This document shows, in pieces, positions 16,300-33,610 of a DNA stretch of 64,000 nucleotides. Source of the stretch: the human T2T-CHM13v2.0 reference genome, Homo sapiens. The notes beneath the pieces are model-generated. The model ran no database searches. It had not been told where the DNA came from and saw only the letters and a list, made by a program, of their open reading frames with translations. Position 1 is the stretch's first letter; each line of letters opens with the position of its first letter. The stretch lies in NCBI RefSeq assembly GCF_009914755.1, contig NC_060934.1. The stretch is one strand, 5' to 3'. Made by a program: the position numbers and the translations under genes.

Positions 16300-16800
16300 A
16301 AAAGATCTCTTTAAAACTTAAGCCAGGTCATGATGTAGGGTCTCAAGATCTGCCCTGCCCCCACCTTGCCAACCTATGTGGCTCTCTTCTCTCTCGTCTC
16401 TGGCTCTCCTCCCCTCATCACGCTGGCCTCCAAGCTCTCATTCCAACATGCCAGGCAGGCTTCCCCACACACCCGTATATCTCAATTCCTACTTCCTCAC
16501 CTCTTTCAGGTTTTAATTCAGTTACCACCTTCTTGGTAAAACTAACCAAGACCAACCTTAGAAAAGCCTTTGATGCCTACCTTGAAATCCTCATACTTTG
16601 CTCTTTCACTCTCTCTGGCTCTTTATTTTTTACATAGCACCGATCACATTCTATATAATATAGCATTTATTTATTTTATGTATATTGTTTATCACCTCTC
16701 TCTCTGTTCTGTCTAGGTCAGCTCCATCAGGTAAGGGGTTTTGTTTTGTTTTCCATTTTGATGTCAAGAATATATATCAATGTTTGAGATACAGGGAGTG
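16300..16800 (+). mobile_element. L2 3' fragment
   Basis: ctggcctcc...catgccaggc...catagcac...atttatttatt...gtcagctccatcagg (L2 3' end pattern). Confidence 0.55.
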
Positions 16801-17119
16801 CTAGTCAAGTACCTTACTTTGAGTTGCTGATTTTCTTTTTCTTCTCTCCTGTTTTTACTTATTTTTTCTTTTTTAGATGTCAATATTATTTTCAAGTAAT
16901 TATGAATCAGTTTGTACTTTAATCTGAGATATCTTGAAGGGATAAGTTTATTGGTAGCCCATGGTGATGGCTTTGTGCAAATTAGAAAACAATGTCATTT
17001 TTGTAAAGACAAAGCTGCAAGTTGTGTAACTTGCAGTGCTAATCATGGGCTAGTGGTTAGACTATATTCACCCTGGGGAAATACAGGCTAACACTTGTGC
17101 AAGAAAAAAGGAAAAAAAA

Positions 17120-18310
17120 AACTGTCACAACTGTACATTACAAATGAAGGATGTAAAATTACTACATTCTATAGGCATTGAAAAGACAACAGGAACTATT
17201 ATGAAAAACGTTATGTCAAAGAATTTGACAACTTTGATGAAATGGACAAAGACCTTAAAGATACAAACTACTAGAGTTCGTTCATGAAAAAATAGATAAG
17301 ATAAATACCCTGATATTTAGAAAAGAAATTGAATATGGTGTTAAGTAGCTTACACATACACAGAAAAAAAAAAAAATCCCTCTAAGCTCACATGGTTCAC
17401 TTTTGAAGTCTGCCAAACATTTAAAAGAAATGAAACAAAAGAAAATCTGATTCTACACAAACTCTTCCAGGATATTTAAAGAAGGAAATATTATCTAACT
17501 AATTCTAAGGTCAAGCATTACCTTGATTCCAAAACCAGACAAAGACTTTACAAGAAAATAAAAACATAAACCAATATTTTCCATGAACATAAATTCAAAA
17601 GTCCTTAATTATTTAGAAAATTAAATCCAGCCACACTTTATATAGAAAAGTATATTGCATCATAATCAAACAAGTATTTATCTTAGAGACACAAAAGTAA
17701 ATTAACATTTGAAAATTAATCATTGTAATTCAGTATATGTACTAACTATAATAAAACATATAACCATCTCAAATGAGAAAACTTATTTAACAGAATCCAA
17801 CATTCATTCCTGATAGAAAAACAAAAAACTCTTGGGAATGTAGGAATGGCAGACAACTTTCTCAGTAAATGGCATTTATGAAAAATCTACATTAAATATA
17901 CTTTTTAGTTAAAATTAGAAGTTTGTTCCTTAAGATCAGGATTCAGACAATATGTTCATATTTACCACTTCTATTCAGAATTGTGAATCTCAAAATTATT
18001 ATGCAAAGTAAAAAAGCCAGAAAAAAAAAAGAGTATGTACTAATTGATTCCATTTAGAGAAAACACTAAAAAATACAAACTAATCTATAATAGAAAACCG
18101 ATTAGTGGTTGCCAGGGAAAGGGGACTGTGGAAGTGGGGGCGGGAGAGATTAAATAGGAATAGTTAGAAACTTTTTGGGTGAGGCATACTTTCATTATTG
18201 TGATTGAGGTTCATGATTTCATGGATGTATACTCACATTAAAATTTATTATTTTTTGCATTTTAAATATGTGCAGTTTATTTTATGAATTAAACCTAGAT
18301 AAAACTGTTA
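17120..18310 (+). mobile_element. Old L1M (L1MB/MD-like) ORF2 fragment plus 3' end
   Basis: gaatttgacaactttgatgaaatggacaaa; attccaaaaccagacaaagac; gattagtggttgccaggg. Confidence 0.75.
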
Positions 18311-18834
18311 AGGGATACTTTTTTCAATCATTTTTCACATGGGAAGTATATGTTAGCTATGCCATTTTGAAGGGGAAGAGAATAAATAGGCTTTACAGTT
18401 TTTATTTTTAAATAAAGCTGGGAAATGCTAAATGGGAATGAGGAGGCTATAATTGTTGACTCTTTGACAATGGAATTTCAAACATTAATGGCTTGTTCTA
18501 GATAGTACAAATTCACTGATTTCATTATTCTGAGCTCAAGTAATCTTTGAAATCTGGGAGTGGATTTATTACCGGAGACATAAGGAAAGAAATATAATAA
18601 ACATTGCAAATGGAACAATCGTGAATCAAGGTTATATTTTAGAATTATCCCAAACAATGGCAAGTGCCTTGTCTAGATATTTTCTTCCATCATTAAAATA
18701 TTTCACAGAAAATCATCAAAAGCCTGGAGAAATACTTGTCTGGACTTTCTACATGATAGTCCCGGATGCAATTATAGTAGTATAGCTGTCTCTGCAATTT
18801 TTTTTTAAACTTTTACACACATTAAAATATTCTA

Positions 18835-19142
18835 GGCTGGGCATGGTGGCTCACGCCTGTAATTCCAGCACTTTGGGAGGATATTTGATAATTTGAGGTC
18901 AGGAGTTCGAGGCCACATGGTGAAACCCCATCTCTATTAAAAATACAAAAAATTAGCTGGGCATAGTGGGGTGGTTGCCTGTAGTCCTAGCTACTCAGGA
19001 GGCTGAGGCAGGAGAATAACTTGAACATGGGGGTGAAGGTTGCAGAGAGCCAAGATCGTGCCACTGCACTTCAGCCTGGGCAACAGAGCGAGCGAGCGAG
19101 ACTCCGTCTCCAGCAAAACAAAGCAAAACAGAAAACCAAAGA
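18835..19142 (+). mobile_element. AluS with rearranged left arm
   Basis: Full-span Alu. TSD aaaatattcta at 18824-18834 and 19143-19153. Confidence 0.92.
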
Positions 19143-19359
19143 AAAATATTCTAAAGAAAAAAAAAATCAGTTGTTGTTTTAATAGGTTCAGAGGTAAGTT
19201 TGCCATATCTTATTTACCATGAATGACTCTAGTAATGGCAATGCCATCAATGCCTCTCATCTTCCAATGGTTGCCTTTTCTTCTGTTATTACTGGACTGT
19301 TGGGACTGGTAGCACTGGTCATATAAGATGCCCACAGTTGCTAAAGGAGGACACTGTTA

Positions 19360-19711
<352 letters not shown>

Positions 19712-21050
19712 AGAAATAAAGTGACTACTGCAATAGATAAAATAAATTGCCCAGCTGCCTCCAGGTTTGCTATTTTTTCATTATCAGTGTTTTCTTGACA
19801 GTGTTAAAACATTTGGCCCCCTAAATTCACAGTTTATTGGAACACTTGATGAAAGCTGAATCTCTGTAGTCATGCTGTTAGTGACTCACTCTTCCTTTGA
19901 AATGTCTAATGCATAGATTTGGTGAAATGCTGTTTTCTTAGGAAAGTTTGGTGGACATTAAAATTGCTTTTGCAAGTGAAATTAAAGACATTAATGTAAA
20001 GTGGCAGTGCTAATAGCCAGATAATTGCAGTGTTAGAATAAATTTCAGAGTAATTTTGACTACCAACCATCTCTTCACAGCTAAACTTCAGATAAAAATA
20101 AATTTTACATGGAACCGTACTGAGATTTCTGCTCAGGATCTTTACCCAATTATCTCTTGCGTTCCTGTTATTTTTTTCTAACTGTTTGAGTTTCATGTAG
20201 AGTGCTCTCCATTCTTTTTCTGTCAATTTATTAATAATATATTTTGCTTACGGTTCACTTCTTATCAGTTTAATTTTATTTTACTTGGACAGAGAATGGT
20301 CTGTAGTTTTCTTAGTAAGAAAACTGACCAGGCTAAGCTATCGTTGTTTTTTTATGTCCTCCCTCCTTTATTTTCAATGTCCTCCCTCTTCCATTTTTAG
20401 AACATATCCTATTTTTTCTAAGTTATTTATGTAAGTCAGATGGATTTACTGTTAATATGTTAATCTGTATATAGTGAAAATTAAGAACCTATTTTTCCTA
20501 AATCATGCAGGCATACATTAATTCCTTTGACAAATATTTACTGAGCATTTCCTGTATACCAGATCATATGCTAATTGCTGAAGGTTCTTACTTAAATATT
20601 TACTATTCCCTCGTCTGACAATTACTCACTGGGCTCTTACTATATCCTAGGCATTGTTTCAGGAGCTAGGATACAGTAGTTACAGCAAACCAACACACAA
20701 ACTAACTCAAGTCCTCTCTCATGGAGACTGAATTCTATTGAGGAAAACAGCCTTCTCCCCAGTCCCTGAATATACACCCTTACTCACACATATATATTTT
20801 AATATAATGTACACATATAAATATATAAACAGCATATTAAATATATAGAATGTCTATTATATATTGTAACAAGTATATATAAGTAATATTACATATGTGA
20901 TATTAAATACATACACAAATATGTATATATATATACAGAGAGGCATATGTTTTAAGTAATTTTATTTTACTTACCTCCCTATTACTGTGCCATTTCATAG
21001 GGCTACTAAAATTATTATGTGCCTTTCTATTATTGGTACTCTGGTATATT

Positions 21051-21110
21051 TGTGTGTGTGTGTGTGTTTGTGTGTATGCGTGTGTGCGTGTGCACATGCA
21101 CGCCTGTGTG
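21051..21110. repeat. (TG)n imperfect microsatellite
   Basis: tgtgtgtgtgtgtgtgtttgtgtgtatgcgtgtgtgcgtgtgc. Confidence 0.85.
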
Positions 21111-22279
21111 CTGTTGGGCAGGTGATCAATGATGATAAGTCTGTAGCCAGAGCTAAGACCATGTGTGTGGCGTATTTATGTATTCATGATTATAAAAGTC
21201 CCAGTGGTCTGCTGAGGTGGTCTAGGTTGGTCTGCTGAGGTTGGGTTGCTATCCAACACAAAACGCAAGCACTAATCAAATGTTTGTTTGGATAAAGAGC
21301 AAGAACAGATGCTCCAAATGAATACATTAAACAGAGACCCTTGGGTCATTAAAGCTTCATGCCTTTGATCTAACAAACTCAGATCTACAGACGCCTCATC
21401 AGTGGTGAAGCTGTTTCCCATCTGCTGGGGGTGGGGACCTAGTTCTCATGGAGGGTTTTGAGGACAAGCATCTCTTCCTCCCAATGCCCTGATTATAACA
21501 AGCCAGGAAAGAGAGCCCAAAGCCAAATGCCCCTGCCATTGTTGGCGATATTGATGTCACGTTTGCTGTACGTGAATAGTTCTTCTTCTAAAGTAATAGA
21601 TTCATATTGTTTGCTGTCCTGGCTGTCTCTTTTCTTTTCTTTCATATCTTTTGTTGTGTTTTTAAAGTGACTTTTATATATGAATACAAAGCAACTCACG
21701 AAGTAGGGTGTGGGTTGGGGGCAAGAAGTGCCCTGCAGGCTTTGGACTGTTTGTCCACCAGGTATAATCACACTCTGCTTTAGAAAACTTTTAAAGTCAT
21801 CAGCAAGGCTCAAACAGACTCTTTTAAAAAAAAAAAAATCATGAATTCTCATGAGCCAATTCACAGATTGTATTTATAATTAATAGAAGGTCTGGGGTAT
21901 CCTATCCTCTAAAAGATGCTTAGACACAAAGAGCAGTCCTTGAAATTATCAAGGTATTTGTCTCAAAACCACACAGGAAACAACTTCAGCCCTCAGTACC
22001 AGAGACAGACAGTCAATCATAGTTCAAATAGCCACATGGACAATTCAGAAGAGCCAGGCTGAAGCTACAGAGCAAGGGAATGGATATGTGCCAAGTGCCA
22101 GTGCCCAGCTACTGCACTAGCATTTTCACATGAACTCCCAGGTTTAAGGCCCCCTCCACCTCTGGGAGGGAGCATAACATTTAGATCCTCTTGACTTGAC
22201 CAAAAAAGCTTGGGCAGGGTAGAAGTACATCTCTCCCTCAAATAATTAGAACCTGAGGTAAGAGTCAACAGCAGGTATA

Positions 22280-22585
22280 AAGGCTCCATAAAACCTTTGA
22301 GGCCACATGGTTCTTTTAACTTTATACCTTGTCCTCCCTAGCATGAGGCTTCCATCCTCAAGGTTACAAGACAGCTACTAGAGCCCCAGCCGATGTAACT
22401 GTATTCCAGGTAGGAAGAAGAAAAAGACAACATGGGGTAAAAAGAGCCTTTCTTGAAGCCCATTTCATGACTTCTATCTGAAATCTCTTAGATGATTAGA
22501 TGTACTCATTGCCATTATAAATAAAAAACCATGTTCTCTTACCAAGAAAGGAGAATAATATCGGATAGGTAACTAGCAGTCTCTG
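22280..22585. mobile_element. Old MaLR LTR fragment (MLT1J/K-like)
   Basis: gcttccatcctcaaggttacaagacagctactagagccccagc...ttccaggtaggaagaag...ggataggtaactagcagtctct. Confidence 0.5.
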
Positions 22586-24699
22586 AGCAAAAAGGTATAA
22601 TTATTCCCATTGAAAACTGAGTCTCAAAGAGATAAATGAACTGAACCAAGGTCCTCACAGAGTCAGTCAATGGCAACTGACAGTTTTCCCAGAGGAACAT
22701 CTGTTATGGCATGGACCACAGGAGTCACAGCTTGAGTCTAAGCAGGGGCTGAGGTTGTCTGAATTCATCTGCCATTGAGGTTTCCTGGGATTTAATTGCA
22801 TAAGTCAATTAGAATTCTAATTTTTGTATGAGACAAACAAAAGCACCAGGGTGTGCAGAGAATGTAGATCTGAAAAGGACTGTGAAGGGATGTGAGGGAG
22901 AGCTATAACCTATCTGGGTATCTTTTTTTAACAATAGCCTCATAAGCACATATCCAAACCTAAGGAGTTAGCAAAGGAGGAAGGAGAATTCTAGGATCAC
23001 CAAGCCTTAGCATCAATCAACAGGGAGTAAAAAAGATGTTATTCACTGACCTTTTTGAAAACACAGTGTGCCCTGAGCTCAGCGAGAACTTCAATAATGT
23101 CAATAGCTCATCAAGTGTTTGCAGCTTTGGGGTGATGTGTTCTTGTCAAGGGAGGACATGAGCACTGCTGCAAACACTAGAAAATGATATTAGCACAAAC
23201 ACTAGAAATATCAGGTTTGTAAGAAGATACTTGAGGTTACAGCCAACCTTCCACTTGCTTCAGGTTGGCCATCAATAATGGGTGCATTTATAGTAAGCCT
23301 TCAATTCCCAAATTATATCTGGAGTTTGAAAAACCAATGGCAAGAGGCATTGCCTGATTCAGGAAACACATCCAAGCCAACTGACCTGTTAGGTCACTGA
23401 CCACAGTTGAATGTAACGTTTATGGGAAGCTTGGATCAACGAACTGGGCAGCCTTATTATGCTGACCCATGGTATGTCTACTCTTTGGGGAGGCTTTTCA
23501 TGTGGTGGGAGTAAGAAAGCCCCAGGCTTACAGTTTGATATTTAATGTGTTCAAATCTGCTTTTCTCTTACACCTTTACCCCCATGCTTCTAAAAGGAAT
23601 TTGTATGTCCATAATATATATCATTACACTGTGGTGACAATTGTACTGGGGCTGATTCAAACTTGGAGCTAATAAACAATAAATAGTTTAAATAATACTG
23701 CCATACAATTTCTGTCATTACTCTCTGCACCACCTCCTCTCCTCCATGAGTTTCATCCTGTCCATCAGTTCTCTTTAGTACTAGCTAATTAAAAAGTAGA
23801 TATCCTGCCAATAAATCTAGTAAGCTGTGAAACATTTGAGACACACACTTCCGAGACTGTTTTCATCAGTGGTAGATTAGTAACAATTTGCTAATGAAGA
23901 TTTTCTTTTAATTATTGGGGAAAAGGCATTTCTTAATTAATAGGAAGATTGGTTTCATCCAGATTAATTATTGCCGGGAATGTGTCCCAAGCCCACTAGG
24001 CACAAGCTATTTAAAGTTATCATATTAGCAACAAAGTTAAGCAGCTTGGGGTTTAGTCTTAATAATGCGGACCATGGTAATTAAGTTGAGGCTTATGGAT
24101 GGAGGGTCTTCAGGGGGGTCCATGAACTCATAAAATTTGATGGAATATGTTTCATAACTTTCTCAGCTTCTCAATGAGGCACATGATGGCCGAGTATGAG
24201 CAATAGTCTCTGGGGTCGCTGTCATCCGTGTTCCCACAGCATGCACTCCCACCGTCCAGCTTTCACTCCATGATGGTCCAGTAACTAGTCATTAGTGAGG
24301 CCAGAAATCAGTGACAAAGGAATCACAGCCTCGAGTTGAAGAGACCACAAAGATCACCACAACCAGGTCTCTCATTCTAATTTTTGTCACTGAATGCTGA
24401 CTAACAAAGTGTTAGTATCTCATTTTCTTTTCATCAATACTCTACAGCTCATGATCCATATTCTCCGCCTTCTCACGATGATGTCCATTATTTCCCTTTT
24501 TCAGTTTTCCATCATGATACATGGAATTCAGCTCCATATTTGATGAATATCCTTCTATTTTCATTCCCAGCCATTGTTCTGATTGTTTGCTCCATCCCGT
24601 TCCTGAAACCTGATTGCACCTTGTTGACCTTCTTCAGAGAAGGCTGATTTCTATGTGCCCCTTCTGTTCCTCATGTTCTGAAAGTAGGTTTGATATCCT

Positions 24700-26360
<1,661 letters not shown>

Positions 26361-28708
26361 TAAATGCATGATACATTATATATACAGAGTGTAGTAGGGT
26401 ACTTGCACATCGTCTAGAAACTTTAATGCAACAGTGATTCTACACAAACCTCATTTCCATCTTTGGGAGTTTGAACAGCACCTGATTTAAGTTGAAAGAA
26501 GCAGAGTTCTGTGTTTCTGACTGGGGTCCACAGCAGAGCGCCCCTGCCTCTACGTCCATTCTCCTCACCTTGGGTTCCAACACTGACACAAAAATGAGGG
26601 ACTATAGTCCTCTGAACTCAGGAGTGGTCAAAACATAACCTAAAGCCCAAAGGTAGCTGGAAGAGTTGTGATATGATTCTCATAACCAACTCTTCTCTAG
26701 GTGGCACACAGAGATTTTTGTCGGTTTACTGAAACAGGCACCACCCTGAGGCAGTACCATGGTTCTGAGTGTAAACACTGCCCAGATGTGGCTCTTTCAT
26801 GCCTCGGGTGTGAGGCAGATGTGAAGAATGATGTCTCCAGCACCAGGAGCAGGGCTTAGCGATCTGATGTTAATGTGTTTTTTTCCAGCTGTGATTTGGA
26901 TATCTCAACAGTGGAATAATTTGCCCAAAGTACCCGTTGACTCTAAGTAGTTTTTAGTGCGGTGCTCAAAAGGCTTTACACAGAGATACTGCCTGGAAGG
27001 AAAGCTAATTTTTTTTTAACTCACAGGCCTGAGATAATGACGAAAGGAGAGGAGAATAAAATTAAAGAGAGGAAGACTTGAGAGGAGGTGAAAGTATACC
27101 ATCTACCCTGGGGCACCCCCAGCCAAGTGATATTAAGTCTTACTCCTTGTCAAGAATGTCAGAATCCTCTTGTGTGTGTGCTCCCAACAGTTACTTGGAC
27201 CTTGGGAAGCCAGAATTCAGGAACATGAGCAGACTTCATGATTCTGCTAGTAACTCTTTGTTCACCCCAAGAACAGCTCTCAAGAGCCCTTCTAGCAGTA
27301 ACATCTCAGATAACTTCATGTTTATACATATGTATGCATACACCCACAGGCATGAGGAAAATTTTAGATGCAAAGCTGACAACATTCCAAAATTTTTGTA
27401 GAAATTTGCTAAGCAATAGAAATATATCAGTGAAAATAATACAGGAGCTAAATTTATACGTCAGTTTCTTGCTCACCAACGCAGTTTTTCAATATCAAGG
27501 AAGTGAAAAATTAAACCAGCTTCCTCCCTCCCTCCCTTATTTTCTTTCTTCCTTTCTCTTTTCTTCTCCTCTTCCCTCTTCTTCTCTGCCCGCACCCTCT
27601 CCTTTTTAACTTTTATTTGCCTGTTTGCCTTTACTTTTATTTTCAAAGCCCTTTGAGGCAGAGATGAACTTCTGGCAGAATGTCTAAAATTAGCTAGGTT
27701 CTCTGGAAATGCAGAACTATTTATGATACAGTTGGCTTTCTCAGTACTACAGAGAGCCAATAATAACCACTCTTAAATGATCCTGAATGTGGCTAGTATG
27801 CTTCATTGTTGGGAAATCTGATTTTATTACCCTCTTAGATTCTATATTTTTAATGTATTTTGTAACCAATGAGATTTCCACAAGAAATAAGGATTTGGCC
27901 TTCCCCTTGATGAGTCAAGCCTGCATATTCCCCTATGAGTCATGAGTCTGCATATTATTAGATTGGAGTTGTTCCTGCTAGATACAGGCCAAATTTACCC
28001 CAATTTGAAAATATCAAACACTGTAATCTTAATATAATATTTTGATGTGTCTATTATTAGGAATGGCCAGAGCAAACAGTTGAGATCTGTAAGTTCATAT
28101 TTAGGACCAAGTTTCCATGCTCTGTGTAGAGACTGAGAAGCGTTCTGAGCCTCCATCAGCAGCTGTTGCGTCCACTGAATAATTCATTCAGGAAACAAGG
28201 ACTGAGTACCTTTCATGTGCCAGATTATCTCGAAGGCTCTGGTGACCTTAGGATGAACAAAAAATTATGCTTTCACAAGTAGAAGGAAACGAGTATGAAT
28301 TTGGGAATTGTCTGCCTTTACATTATAGATTGCCTCTATTTTCTGGTGGGAGTTTAGCCTCATGATATTGGTGAGAGCCACAGATCCTGAAGGGCATGAA
28401 TTTAAGGCTCAGCTATGCTACTTCCCATCTGGGAACTGCTGTTAAAGTCGGTAAATGCTCAAGAAATCAATCAGAGGCCCTTCTCCTCGTTCTTCTTTAT
28501 TTTCCATCATCACCACCATCGTCACCTATAATCACCATGATGATATTAGATATTGGTGCAAGTAGAATCAGAGATGTGTATTGTTTGATCCAAATATTGT
28601 ATGTTGCAAATTGAAAGTCTGCCATCCTATAAATATGAAGGAGCAGTTAGGGAGTTTCAGTAATAAGCAAAAATGAAGGTAAGTAACTTGGACTAGTCAG
28701 CCATTTAT

Positions 28709-28713
<5 letters not shown>

Positions 28714-28753
<40 letters not shown>
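28714..28753. repeat. (TAA)13 microsatellite
   Basis: Uninterrupted taataataa run. Confidence 0.95.
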
Positions 28754-29112
28754 CAGAAATAACAAAGTAACTGTGAAGTTGAGATATTTGAAGACTAGTC
28801 CCAGTACTAAGGTGCTTTGGGGCAATGCGCAGTTTTCTAAAAGTAATCATTTTCTTGGGTTGGACACAGAATAAATTTTTAGTACTTTATTTTCCTGGTT
28901 CTTCAGTTCAATTTTGCTACCCAAACTTACTACCAATTATGGTTTCTTTACTTCAAAATTCCAAAGCTCCCCAGCAATTTGCAGGGTGAGATTTTGTGTG
29001 ACTGCTGGAAGGCACATTCCAAAACATAAAGAAACTTTGCCATTGGCAGAAATGGCCTTTCTGGGACACATTCATCAAAAATGTGAAATGAGAATTTAAA
29101 AAGCCGCAACAT

Positions 29113-29544
<432 letters not shown>

Positions 29545-31009
29545 TTAAGTCGGTCAAGATGACCTTGATTCTGGTGATTAGAAAACCCTGTGTCTCCTGA
29601 ACTCCTTGCCTTCTTTCACCCTACTCTCCCTCCCTCTGTCATTTCTTCCCACTCTTATTTCCCACTACTCATCATGTCTCCCTCTCTTTGTCTCTTTGCC
29701 TTCTTTCACATCTCTGTTTTTTTTCTATCTCTCCCTCACAAATCAATATTCTCCTCAGTAGTCACCCCATAAATGAAGCACAAACACACATCAACACAAA
29801 TGTGCACAAATACATGCGGCATAAACACACACAAACTCATTTTTGTCCACATTGCACAGTAAATTATCAGAGACTTGATAATACTTGTTAATGAGCTCAG
29901 TCACGCTTATTATTCAGTCCTATATCATTTTTCTACACCCAAATGAACAAGTATGGTTGTAGAGTTTTGGAGAGAGAGTACCTGCTCTTTATCAAACCTG
30001 TAGGAAGATTCTCTCATGACCACCATGTTATTTCAGGCAGTATCTTCCTTCCCTAGCTTACCTGTCTAGCAATAGATTTAAAGGACATATGTAAAGAGAA
30101 ACTTAAGGTCATAATCTTCAGGACTCACAAAACAGGTATCTTCTCCTGTGGATCCTAAAGCTTATACATTTTCTTGGCTCTCTTCAAGAAAAAAAACAAA
30201 ACAAAACAAAACAAAAACACAAATTTACAAGCAGAGAGAATTCACCAAAGTTAGCAGAGACTGGGAGATCCAGGTCCTCCTTTTGTGTTCTTTTTAGGCA
30301 ATGCATTGAAACATGTTTGCATAGAGAGTTTCCTGATTGCAACCTGGCATCTCCTCTCTACCTGCAATTCTCTGCATTTCCCATCAATTCTCATCCTCCT
30401 TAGAGGGTTGAACAAGAGATGAACCCTGAAGCCTGGGCTCCATTCTCTGCACAGTAAGTCCACCTCTGGGAGGCAATAAGCCCAAGTTCCAACCTTCCCC
30501 CTTAGGTGGAAGGCAGCTGTGACAATGAGCTTGGGACCCTAGCCTGCATCCACAATATGTTGCCAGTCCATGCACATAGCTCCTCCTCCCACACCCCAAG
30601 GTCCTCACCAGTGCCTGGAAAACCCATCATGCTTCAGCGTACTATGGCCTTAAAACAGCTGCAACACTGTGACTCCTTTGTCTCTTTCTTAGTTATGTCA
30701 CTCTCAGTAAGCTCCAGTTGTTACAGGAGAATGAATCTCTGGCTGGGACCTTACCTTGGGTGGTGTTGTTCTCATTGGTTGAAATATGTTAATGTGATCG
30801 AAAAGCCCAGAGTATCTGGTCTGTTTTTAGCTAAATATGGATTAAGGTCATTTCAGAAACTGGCTAAAGCAAGCATCTTTGACTCCCCGTTAAGGAGCAG
30901 ATTGCCTTGAAAGTCTTTGATCTAGCCTGGATTTGTCATTTTTGCCACTCTGAAGATATATGGAGCAGTGGATTAGTGACTGTCATTCTTTGGAAGCACT
31001 GCTGAACAG

Positions 31010-31160
31010 GGTGCAGAGCTTGGACTTCAGGTTGGACAGCTCTGGTTTCTGAGTTCCAATCTTGACCCTGTCATTGGCTCTGTGACCTCACACATGTGGC
31101 TCAACTTCTCTCCTCTGTATTTCATCCTTTGTAAAATAAGGTAAACGATACTTCATAGGT
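31010..31160 (+). mobile_element. MIR
   Basis: ggctctgtgacctc...ctcaacttctctcctctgtatttcatcctttgtaaaataagg core. Confidence 0.6.
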
Positions 31161-32056
31161 GGTAAATACCTGATTACAGAGAGATGAACCAACTCAGTTG
31201 AAACCACACACCTATTCAAAAGTAGAACCAGAATTAGGGATGCTCCAATGTCACATGTGTGATTCCTCTACAAGAACAAGTGGGAGATAATTAGGCAGCA
31301 GTCAAAAATAATGTGAAGCTATGCTAACATCTATTTATCACAGGCAAAGTTTTGATTAATTAAATGAGTGAGAACTTTGTTCTTTGGCTTCCCCTACTCT
31401 CTTCACTGTCTATATCTCCCTATCCATCCTATATTTAAATGGTTATGTTTCCCAAGTTTCGGGCCTGAACTCTTCTGTTTTCTTTCTAGGTTTTTTCCTT
31501 ACTGATCTCTAATATCAGCAAAATTTCAGTTGTCTTCTCTGGCGTGTAAGTTGTAAATTTGCTTTTTTAAGAAAGCCCAAATCATGAAGATGATTTTCCT
31601 GAGACAGTGAAGACTAAGCTGAGCCAGAAAGAAGCAGGCCTCAAGCAGGCGAGAGTACTAGGAAAGAAATGTTTTAGGCAGTGGGGACAGAAAGTGCAAA
31701 GGGTGCCTGGTGAGAAGGAGCTGAGGCCATGAGGAGAATGGAGGACAGGCCATGTGGCCAGAGCACAGGAGAGGGGTGGCACCAGAGGAGACTGGAGAGG
31801 AGGAAGGGGGCATCTTTTTATATTGATTTTAAGGAAAATGGGGTATTGATTTGTTTGAAAATGCACCTGGGTGATAGACATGATCAGATTTATGGTAAAA
31901 CAAACAAAAGAAATATGTGACCCCATGGCAAACAGAAGATTTCAGGGGCTAATGTCAATGTGGAGAGTAGTAATGAGCTTTCTGCCTTCATTTACGACTA
32001 ATTACAGCAGCTTGGGTGATCATGGTGGTGGGGAGGAGATGTAAGGGGGAATGCTG

Positions 32057-32979
<923 letters not shown>

Positions 32980-33494
32980 TATTTGGAATTAAGGTGACAT
33001 AGATTGCTGACAGATCAGATGTGGGAATGAAGGAAAGTGAGAGGTCAGGATAACTCCTTGATTCTGGCTTGAGTGCAGAATGAGTGGTATGAGGTCTACT
33101 AGGAGAGAGCACACTGGAGACAATCCAAAGTTTGGGGGTTGGGGGATGGAAGAATAGCCTCAGCTATAAATCTTCACTGGGCTTTCAGACAGGTTGAGTT
33201 TGAGATGACTTTGCAGTCGGGATCCATGTGAAGATACCAACTAGAAAGTTAGGTCTGGAGCTCAAAGGAGAGGCCTATGCTAAAAATATAAATATGTGGA
33301 GTATCTTTAAGTAAGTGACCATTTAAGCCAGTGTCATGAATTCAAATGCTCAGAGGGAAAGAACATAGATCCAGGAGAGAACGATCCTAGGGTTCAAGAC
33401 TGAACCTTGGAACTTCAGCAATAAAAGGCGGGTTTAGGAGAATGATTGAATTAGTCCAGCATACAAGATGTTCAACAGTGTTGCTGGGCAACGT

Positions 33495-33610
33495 CAGGGT
33501 AGCCATATGATTTCTTGTACAAATGAGGGGCCTTTTGAAAGTGAAAGAGTGCTAACCAGGAGTATCAAGGCAACATGTGTAAACTGGGACTCTGTATGGC
33601 AAAATTAGAC
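33495..33610. mobile_element. MER81-like hAT-Blackjack MITE
   Basis: cagggtagccatat...cttttgaaagtgaaag...gtaaactgggact. Confidence 0.6.

Noticed and set aside
16717-16730. 14-nt AG...GTAAGG microexon-like unit
   Set aside because: It lies within an L2 3' end that naturally supplies the pyrimidine tract, and has no other support.
19186-19193. 8-nt unit between aatAG and a strong gag|GTAAGT donor
   Set aside because: The pyrimidine tract is short and weak and sits next to an A-rich Alu tail. Probably chance.
20259-20274. 16-nt match to U2 snRNA (ttcttatcagtttaat)
   Set aside because: No flanking U2 similarity, tail or TSD. It is AT-rich and consistent with chance.
23171-23208. Small direct repeats (also at 912-942, 33896-33927, 45163-45200)
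   Set aside because: Ordinary 13-17-bp slippage duplications with no higher-order pattern.
30130-30910. 134-aa ORF (30506-30910) and surrounding sequence
   Set aside because: GTG start, no recognisable domain or splice structure. The region looks like a decayed hAT-type repeat that I could not name confidently.
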